A stretch of 64,000 nt of DNA from Lama guanicoe (taxonomy: Eukaryota): positions 2,615,518 to 2,679,517 of the forward strand of contig MU053810.1 of the NCBI GenBank assembly GCA_013239625.1, written 5' to 3'. Positions 54,531-64,000 of the stretch are shown here, piece by piece. The notes below the pieces were generated by a model. The model had not been told where the DNA came from. It made no database searches and saw only the letters and a program-made list of their open reading frames with translations. How positions within the stretch are numbered: the first letter of the stretch is position 1; each line of letters begins with the position of its first letter. The position numbers and the translations under genes were made by a program.

Positions 54531-55359
54531 GAAATACAGAATCTTATGGCTTATGTTTTGTGTACTTATTCATTATTTTATCTTAATTTCCTGCTCTTAT
54601 TTTCCTTTGCAACTCATTTATGTTACTATACTATATGCTTCAAACCTCTTTGCAGAGCAGGTATGGTACAAATAATAGCCACGTGTGACCTCCAAGTGGG
54701 ACAGTGCCATTGAGACTCTATTATTTTTGTATCTGTCCTCTTGCCAGTAGTGAAAAGAAATGGTGGTATTGACTTGATGTTTCTTTCTGGTTTCAAATTG
54801 TGGGAGCAGTAGGGAGAGGGATACATAGTAACTTTTGAGTACCATTGTGTGAATGCTGAGAGTAACTAGAATAATCAGAGAAGTTCCTTCCTTCCAAAGA
54901 CAGGTCAGCACATGTGAGATCCTGTTTTCCCACTTTTATCAAAATTCTGTATTCGAGTTTGGCTCTTTATTTTAGGAGCAACCAGACCCAACTGACTATA
55001 TAATAATCCTGGTTGATTATAGACAAAGTAAAGGGATAGAGGCAAATATTAAAAACTGTGCTCCAGTCCTTTGTTCAGAGAATCATTTTGTTTCTGTTAA
55101 TGTAATGTTAGAAAAATAATTGTGGCAGGAATTTAAAAGTTAAATAACATTTACTTTTTTGAAGTCGTCATTTGGTACTCTGAGGAAGATCGCATGTCAC
55201 AGAGAATTACTTTGTGAGGAATGTTCTGAAATATTCTTGGTGGCAACTAGTAAAAATGCTGCTCCCACGTTTTTAATAGTTCTAAAGTTACAGAGAAGAC
55301 ATTATATTTCGGTAATCTGAAAAATTTCTTTGTTTCTCTCTCTCTCTCTTTTTAAATAG

Positions 55360-55414
55360 AGATGTGAACTGTGTCCTCATAAGGATGGAGCTTTAAAAAG
55401 AACAGATAATGGCG
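55360..55414 (+). CDS. MLLT10: AF-10 exon 4, aa 81-98
   Basis: (tc)n tttttaaatAG|AGATGT...: RCELCPHKDGALKRTDNG(G); donor GGCG|GTAAGT; 55 nt, in frame with exon 3. Confidence 0.97.
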
Positions 55415-57049
55415 GTAAGTGCAGAGATTGTTGAAAAAAATTTTGTTGAAAACTGGAGTGGGGAGTATTTAAAAGTATCTGGTAGTTTGTATTATATTGA
55501 ATAGTGTTTATCACTCAGATAATTGTAACAGTACCAGATATAATTTATGAATCCTTTTTTTTTATTGAAACACAATTTTTCTCTTTTTTGGACAAAGTTA
55601 AGCATTTTTTTTAAAGCATCTTTAAAAAATGCAGAATGATCCACAATACTTCTAATTACAGTCTTGATTTTTTTTTAAAGGATATAATTTCTTTTATTAG
55701 AAATTATTGGGAAAATAAGCCACTTTTATTTTTGGTTAGAGATAAAATCTGTTGTTTTAGAGCCTTTTTTTCCTCTCTTGTATATTACTAGACTGATGTT
55801 TCCAATGAATGTTAACACCATGTGTATCTTTGTTGCTTAGAATATAAACAAATGCTGACTTTTGGTGTGCTTTCCTGAGGATTCTTGTGTATTTCTCACT
55901 GTTACTTCTATTTTTTGTTACCTTCCTTAGAGAAAACCATGTTTTTTTATAGCTCATACCATTCTTAAATATGTAGACATTAATTTACTAAACCATGGAA
56001 TACTATGAAAATTAAGTAACTGATGAAGAAACTCAAAAAAGTAGAGGTAAAACTACTGTTAGTGTGTGCTTCCATTTTGGGCAGCCAATTGTAAAGTCTT
56101 TGGGGCATAGGATAGAGTCAGGGTATAAATAAATAAAAGGGAAAAATACAATGTTTTTGACTAATGCTGGATAAATATATATATTTAATATTCAGACTGT
56201 ATTAGTCACATTTTCTAAAATTTTAAATATTAGAAACCCTTCCTCCTACTCCTGTTCACCATCTGCCTAGTTTCTCAACAGCTTTTCTGCCACCAACATA
56301 ATTGCTTTTATTACTTTTGTGCATATACAAATAAATATGAATAGAGGTATTTTCTTCAGCTTTTATACAAATGAATGAATATTACACATACTCTCTTGCA
56401 TCATAAATTTTTGCACTGAACAGTTTCTCTATTATCAGTATAGAGCTTTCTTGTTTACCATATGTAATGTAATTAGTCACCTGTTGATGGAGTTTCTAAT
56501 CTGCTTTTTGTGACTAATGCTTGTGTATATATGTCATTTTTTTTGTATGCAAGGACACTTGCAGGATTTTGTTAATTCCCAGAAGAGGAACTCTTGGGTC
56601 AAAGAGATTCTGCAGTTAATTTTGGTAGATAGTTCTGAATTATCCTCTTTAGTGGTTGTACCAATTTGTGTTCCCAGCAGCAATGAATGAAACAGCTCTT
56701 CTCCATACTTTTGGTAATCCTGTATATTAAAGTTGGCATCTCAGAGCAGTTATTTTGCATTTCTCTTATTATGAATGAAACAGCATTTTTTCGTGTTTTT
56801 AAGAGCTATTCAGTTTGTATTTTCCCTTCTATGATCTGTTCATATGCCTTTTCTGTTTGGTTGTTGATCTTTTTCTTTCTGATTTGTTGGGGCTTTCATA
56901 GGAGCACCTCATATATGAGGGTTTTGTGATGAGTTGGACTAGTTTTGGCCCAGTTCTTAATCTTTGTTTATGAGGGTTTTACCATGCAGGAATTTTTGAT
57001 TTTTATTTATTTGAATTTATTACTCTTTTCTTTCATGACTTATGTATTT

Positions 57050-57192
57050 AAAAAAATTTTATTTTGCTTATATTCTTTGGTGAGGAGAGGTAATTAAGTT
57101 TGTTTGTTTATTTAATGAAAATACTGGGGATTGAACCCAGGACCTTGTGCATAATGCTAAGCACACTATCACTGAGCTACCCCCCTTCCCCC
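57050..57192 (-). mobile_element. Vic-1-like SINE with TSD, inside an L1 fragment
   Basis: gaggtaattaag...tactggggattgaacccaggaccttgtgc...actgagctac; flanks catg(a/g)ctt(a/c)tgtattt. Confidence 0.85.
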
Positions 57193-59584
57193 ATGGCTTC
57201 TGTATTTTGGACCATTAGTTAGGAAGGCCTTCCCTACTCCAAAGTTATAACAAATTCTTTCATGTTCCCCTCTAGTGTTTTTATGGTTTCTTTTTTTCTT
57301 ATAGTTTAATCTTTGATACATTTGAAATATATCCAGGTAATACAGTGTGAGCTATGATTCCAACTTTATTTTTTCCTGGTGGCTAAAATACTATTATCAT
57401 TTGTCTCATTACCATTTATTGGACAGTTCATTTTTTCCTTACTGACTTGCAATCCCATCATAGTCTAAATTTGATGTGTATTTTAAAAAATTCTGACTAA
57501 ATTGTGTTCCAAAATAATTTTGGAACCTGGAATGCATTTTCCTATACAAATGCTAACTATGTTTCTAGGCTGGTTAACAAAATCTCACAATGTACCTGAT
57601 GTATAGTATCAATAATATTGTTCTTTAGTAGCTAATACCTATTTTTTGTGCTGGAAAATATTCCAAGTTTTAGATTTATTTTTCCCTTGCTAATCAGGAT
57701 TAGGGATTTCTCAATTCAACTTTTAATTTTCTTCAATGTCAACCACTTGGTAGTTCTCAGCTGTTGAAGGTAAGTGTTTTAACATAGCTTGGTGTGTGAA
57801 AAGTGGGTTATTGTAGGCAAAGGGAGAAGCAAATAATAAAGACACAGGTATATCAGGGATTTGGATTGTAAGGTGTGAATGGTAAAATTTCTGAGAGGTA
57901 GAGCTAATGGTATAGGTAAGATTTTGTTTCTTTTCCCTCTCTCCTTCGCTCCCCTCCCCTCCCCTCCCCTCTTCCTTCCTGTCCTCTCCTTCTTCCTTCT
58001 TCTCTCCCCCAACCACCTTTTTCTCATACTAACAACTTGATCCTTTTGATTGTGAGGAGCCTTTGAAGCTGAGGAATAACATGGGTTTTCTAGTTTAGAA
58101 AGATTGCCCTGATAGCATTGTGGTGAATGGATTGGAAGGGTATGAAACCAGATTAACTATAAAAAAGAAAGGTGGAACTGGATCACAAGTGCATGTAAAT
58201 AACATAATTAAAATCAGCTATATGGCCTATTTAAATTATAGAGTTAGTTGAGTCTGCCATTTTACTCACTGAGCTTATGCTTCAGGTAGACCTATATGGA
58301 AATCCCTCGCTTTCCCACCATCATTGACAAAGACATGAAGTGTACACTGAGGGGGCCAGGTAAAAGGTGATGTTGGCTGTCTTACTTTCTTGAAGACATT
58401 TTAAAGAGTTGAGGGCCATTATGTGACAGAACAGTTAGGTGAATACAGCAATGTTGTGTATTCAAAATGATGTACAGTGTCATATACTTTCTCTATTGGA
58501 GTTTTAAGAAATTTTTCAAGGTGAGTTTTGATTATATATACTTTGTTTTGTTTTTATGCTCTGACTTTAGAATCCACACTCTACAAAGATAAGACTGCTT
58601 TATTGCCTTAAGTGCAAGAAAGAGATACTGAGTAATTGTTTGAGACAGAAGAATTAGGAGGGATAAAAATGAGGGAATGGACATCAGAGACACAAAAGTG
58701 GTAAAATTTTACAGGTATATTTTAAAAAACCACTTTTATTATGGAAAAATTTCAAGCATACATAAAAGTAGAGGACTCCCCAGCCTGGTGTACCCAACTT
58801 TAATAGTGAACAAGTCATGGCCAGTCGTTTCCTCTATATTCTTCCCAGCCCCAGTATTCTGATTATTTTGAATTCTGTGAGCATTTCTAACATACATGGA
58901 TATTCTAAAAATATACTGTATATTATCACACCTAAAAAATCGACAGGGATTTCTTAAAACCATCAAATATCTAGTCATTGTTCAAAATTTCCTGATTGTC
59001 TCCTGTTTTTTTTTTTTAATATAGTTATTGAATCTGGATCCAGTAAGGTGCATAAGCTGGATCCAAATAAGATGCATACATTACAGTTAACTTGATATGT
59101 CTCTTAAGGTCTCTCTGTAATCCCCATTCCTGCGCTTTGTCAGTTTACTTACGGAAAAATCTGAGTCATTTGCTCTATAGTTTCCCCACAGTAGACTTCG
59201 TTGATTGCATCTTAGATGGGATGTATGTGTGTGTTTTCTTCTAACACGTCACTTAGTTCCATGTATTTTCTGTATTCAGAGACTTCATCATAATCAGTTT
59301 ATTGTCGAGAAAGGCAAGAATACATGTTGGTAGTGCTGTATACTTCCTTTGGGAGGCATATGATATTTGTTTTTGTGTGTGTGTGTGTGTGTGACATTAG
59401 CAGCTGTAGATCAGTGTCTAGATCCATTTATTAAATAGAGGTTTGAATAAATAGTGATTTTCTCTCATTACTTTATGTCTTAGCAGGATTACTTCTTTAA
59501 ACAAAACTATTCTTACCAACAATTTTGTTATCCTGAAGTATATTTTATGAAGGAAGAACAGGAAGAATACTGTATTCTATTTTC

Positions 59585-59950
59585 TTAAAATTGAGGTAAA
59601 ATTCACATAGCATAAAGTAACCGTCTTGAGGTATACTTACTGTTTTGTGGCACTCACTGCTTTCAGATTGTTATGCATGTCCACCTCTTTCAGTTTCCAC
59701 AACGTTTTTTATCACTTAAAAGAAAACACCCTTTCTTATGCAGAAAATTCACACACACCCGCCCCTAGCCCCTGGAAACCACAAACCGCTTCTTGTCTCT
59801 ATGAATTTACCTATTCTGGATATTTCACATAACTGAAATCATAGTGTGTGACCTTTGAGTCTGACTTTTTTCACCTAACATGTTTTTCTGGGTCATCAGT
59901 GCTGCAGCCTATGTTAGTACTTGATTCCTCTTGGTGGCTGACTAATACCC

Positions 59951-59995
<45 letters not shown>

Positions 59996-62900
59996 GACAA
60001 CATTTTATCATCCTTTCGTTTGTTGAAAGACATTTGGGTTTCTACCTTTTGGCTGTTGTGGATAGTACTGCTGTAAACATTGGTATAGATATTAGAACAC
60101 TGGTATTTGTATAAACAAGTATCTTTTCAATTTTGGGGGTTATATACTAGGAGTGACATTGATGGATCATATGATGATTCTGTGTTGAACTTTTTAAAGA
60201 ATCTCCAACCTGTTTTACACAGTTCTGCACCATTTTTGCATTCCCACAATGTATGAGCGATCCTCATCACCAACACTTCGTATTTTGTTTTCTTTTTTTA
60301 AATTTTTTTTTATTGAGTTATAGTCATTTTACAATGTTGTGTCAAATTCCAGTGTAGAGCACAATTTTTCAGTTACACATGAACATACGTATATTCATTG
60401 TCACATTTTTTTCACTGTGAACTACCACAAGATCTTGTATATATTTCCCTGTACAGTATTTTCTAAATTTTAAGATTATAGCCATTTCAGTGGATATGAA
60501 GTGGCATGTCATTGTGGTTTTGATTTGCATTTCCTTAATGATGAGTGATGTTGAGTATCTTTTCATTTGCTTGTTGGCATTTGTAAATCTTCTTTGGAGA
60601 AATATCTGTTGATATTCTTTGTCCATTTTGTAATTGAGTTGTTTGTCTTTTTTTTTGTTGTTGTTGAGCTGTAAGGGTTCTTTATCTTCTGGATATCAGT
60701 CACTTATCAGATACATGATTTGCAAACCTTTTCTCCCATTCTGTGGATTGTTTCTCATTTTCCTTATAATGTCCTTTGATTCACGATAGTTTTTAATTAG
60801 TTATAGTCCAATTTAATTTTTCTTTTGTTGTTCATGCTTTTACTATCAAATCTAAGAATCCACTGCTATCCAAAGTCGTAAAGATTTACACTTAGGACAC
60901 CTGCGGGGTGTGTTATGAGACTTGGTTTATGGGTAGGATAAGGTCAGTTTTTAAGGAGATTCTCTATGAGTTTCTAAAAAATTCTATGGTTTTGGAATGT
61001 AGTGTTTAAAATAAACCCATGAGGTTGTATTTGATATTTGGGTTGTTAACATCTTCTGTATCCTTGCTGATTTGTTGAATGTGTTCTGTCATTTACTGAG
61101 GAAGATATGTATGCTAGTATTTCTCATTGTAATTGTGGTGTCTCAGTTTTTGCTTTATATATTTTGATGATGTTATTAAGTGTCTGCATATTTAGAATTA
61201 GTATATCTCTTCCTTATGAATTGAAATTTTTTAATCATTGTGGTTGTACTCTTTCTCTGGTGCTTTTTTAAATCTCAAAGTATATTTCAACTGATATTAA
61301 CTATCTCACCTTTCTATTAGTTTTCGTTTTCAAATGGTGTATCTTCTCTTTAGTTATAACTTTTCTGTATTCTCCTGTTTTGGATTTGTCTCTTGTTAAC
61401 AGCAAATAGTTGTGTTTTTAGCCAGTCTGAGTTTTTGTATTTAATTGAAGTAAATTTTAGTTTGTTTATACTTAGTGTATGCACATGAGTTTTTTTGTGT
61501 GTGTGTGCATGTGTGTGTATTGCATTTGAATTTAAACTTTCCATCTTACTGAATGTTTTCTATTTGCTTTTCTTGTTTTGTGTTCCTTTTCATTTTTGTG
61601 TTATTTTGAATTGCTTAAAAAAAAGACATTTTTAGAGTAGTTTAAGGTTCCCAACAATATTGAAGAGAAGGTACAGAGATGCCCTTTGTCCTCACACATG
61701 CTTAGTGTACCTCATTATCAGCACCCCCCACCAGATTGGAACATTTGTTACTATTGATGAACCTATAATGATTCATAATTATTACCCAAAGTTTGTTATC
61801 TACACTAGGGTTCTCTCAGTGTGTACATATCCTGTGTTTGGACAAATTTATAATGATATATAGCCATCATTATAATATCATGTAGAATATTTTCACTGTC
61901 CTAGAAAATTGTACTCTGCCTGTTCATCCCTCACGCCTCACTTTAGGGCAACTATTAATCTTTTTACAGTTCTTAGTTTTCTGTTTTTTCAGAAGGTAGT
62001 ATACTTGTAATTATATAGTTATGTAGCCTTTACAGATTCACTTCTTTCACTTAGTAATACTCTTTTAATTTTCCTCCATGTCTTTTTATGTCTTGACAGC
62101 TCATTTACTGTTAGTGCTGAATTGTTTGTCTGGAGGTACCACAGTTTATCTGTTCACCTGTGGGAGGAAATCTTAGTTGCTTTTAAGTTTTGGCAGTTAT
62201 GAATAAAGCCTCTATAAATACCCATGTGCAGCTTTTTGTGTGGACATAAGTTTTCAGCTATTTTTGCTTAAATACTAAGGAGCATAAGCTAGGTTGTATG
62301 GGTTGGGTATGTTTAGTTTTTGTAATAAGCAGGTGAAGTGTTTCCCAGAGTTCTGTACCATTTTGCATTCTTATCAGTAATGAATGAGAGTTTCTGTTAC
62401 TCCTCACCCTTGCCAGTGTTTGGTGTTGTTGGTGTTCTGGATTTTGGCCATTTTAATAGGTGTGTAGAACTTTCTCTTGGATTACTTCTTATCATTCTGA
62501 TCTACCCTCTCTATTAGCCTGATAAAATTTAGTATTTCCGTGTGCTTTTACCCTCTTTCTGAACCCTATGAAACTGTTAGTGAATGTGAAATTCATTTAC
62601 TAAACTCCTGACATACATCTTATTGTTCTCATGTAATTCTCCATTTCTTAAAAAAATTATGTTTTTGTCACTTTTTTTATGGAAGGGCTGTGATAGTCAC
62701 TGAAAATGGAAAAGTTTTTTTGTAAAAGGTATTACTTTCTACTTGAATGGTTTGACAGAATTTACCAGTGAAACTTTGTAGTGTTAGAATGAAACCTTCT
62801 GGGAAGATTTTTGATAAAAAAATTTATTTCTGGAAAGTGAGTATATATAGTATTTTCTTATTAGCCTGTTGATGTTTTTTGGATCAGTAGTGTGTCATAG

Positions 62901-64000
62901 TGATAACCCTGTTTTTATTCTTAACATTGGTGATTTGTGGTCTCTGCTCTTTGTTTTGTTTCTGTTTGGTTTTTTTTGACTGGCATACCTAGCATTTGTC
63001 AGTTTCATTTGCCTTTTTAAAGAAACAGCATTTGGCTTTGTTAATTTTTAAAGTCGTCTGCCTGTTTTCTGTTTTACTGATTCCTGCTTTAATCTTTTAT
63101 TATTTCCTTTCTAGCATTTACTTTGTGTATGTTTAGCTTTACCTTTTTAACTTCTCAGGGTGGCATCTTAGTTCTTTCATTTTAGATCTTTTTTTCTAGT
63201 ATAAGTATATAAAGCTGTAAGTCTTCCTCCTAGCACTGCTTTGGCTGCATTCCAGTTTGGTATGTTGTATATTTGTTACTACTCGGTTCAAAATGTTTTC
63301 CAAACTTCCCTTGTGATTTTCTCTTTGACCCATACATTATTTAGAAATATATTAAATATTTGCTATATGTTAGTGGTTTTGCTCGATACCTACTTGTTAC
63401 TGGTTGCTAATTTAATTTCATTGTGGTTATGATTATACTCCAGATGATTTTAGTCCTTTAAAATTCAATAAGACTTATTAGGGCACAGCATATGATCTGT
63501 GTTGGTGAGTGTACCATGTGTATTTGAAAGGAATGAGTACCCTGCTGTTGAATATAGTGTTCTAGTCAGTTAGATCAAGACAGTTGATACTGTAAAGCTC
63601 TTTTATGTCTTCACTGATTCTTTTTTGGTATAGTTCACCTATCAGTTGCTGAAAATGGTGTGTTAAAAATCTGTCATGATTGGAACGTTGTCTGTTTCTT
63701 CCTTTAATTCTGTTAAGTGTTACTTCATGTATTTTAAGGCTATATTATTAGGTGCACACACTTCTCATTGTTATGTCCTTCTATTAAATCATCCCCTTAT
63801 TATGATGAAATATCCCTTTCTATCTATGAAGTATTTGTCTTGTAGTTTATATCTAAAATCAAAATAGTCACTCTAGCTTTTATATTCTTACTGTTGGCAT
63901 GGTATATCATTTTCCATTCATTTGCTTTATTTTCTCTAATCTTATTAGAGTCTTTATGTTTATTAAAAGTGTCTTTTATAGGCAGCATGTAGCTTGGTCG
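59585..64000 (-). mobile_element. Series of antisense L1 fragments (L1M 3' ends at ~59585-60890 and ~61625-62465, ORF2 pieces beyond)
   Basis: ORF 60369..60626(-) ANKQMKRYSTSLIIKEMQIKTTMTCHF matches the L1 ORF2 C-terminal region; typical 3' UTR motifs. Confidence 0.8.
59956..59992 (+). repeat. (TG)~18 microsatellite
   Basis: Perfect TG run. Confidence 0.95.

Noticed and set aside
55357..55362. Alternative acceptor 2 nt downstream (TAGAG) at exon 4
   Set aside because: It would frameshift. The first AG restores the known RCELC sequence, and there is no evidence the second is used.

Overview
Mammalian genomic DNA, most likely from a camelid (inferred from the many tRNA-derived Vic-1-type SINEs), covering the divergently transcribed SKIDA1-MLLT10 (AF10) locus. 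Left: the 5' 475 codons of SKIDA1 on the minus strand (ATG at 1424-1426, running off the window edge), with poly-Ala, poly-His and poly-Glu tracts, a ~1.8 kb uATG-rich leader and several candidate non-coding exons up to a CpG-island promoter near 9.2-11.1 kb. Right: the MLLT10 CpG-island promoter, a probable non-coding exon 1 and coding exons 2-4 (PHD1/Zn-knuckle/start of PHD2) on the plus strand. Intron 3 is 34.4 kb and packed with mostly antisense L1 fragments, SINEs, a Tigger1 deletion derivative, a MER74-like solo LTR and a chimeric RPL23A retrocopy. I found no convincing new gene system. The most interesting observations are regulatory: a splice-created uORF overlapping the AF10 start codon, candidate cryptic introns in the SKIDA1 leader, a UG-repeat-flanked candidate exon, an apparently collapsed SKIDA1 poly-Ala tract, and a local duplication upstream of MLLT10. 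Repeat family names and cross-species comparisons come from recall, not searches. Repeat boundaries are approximate.
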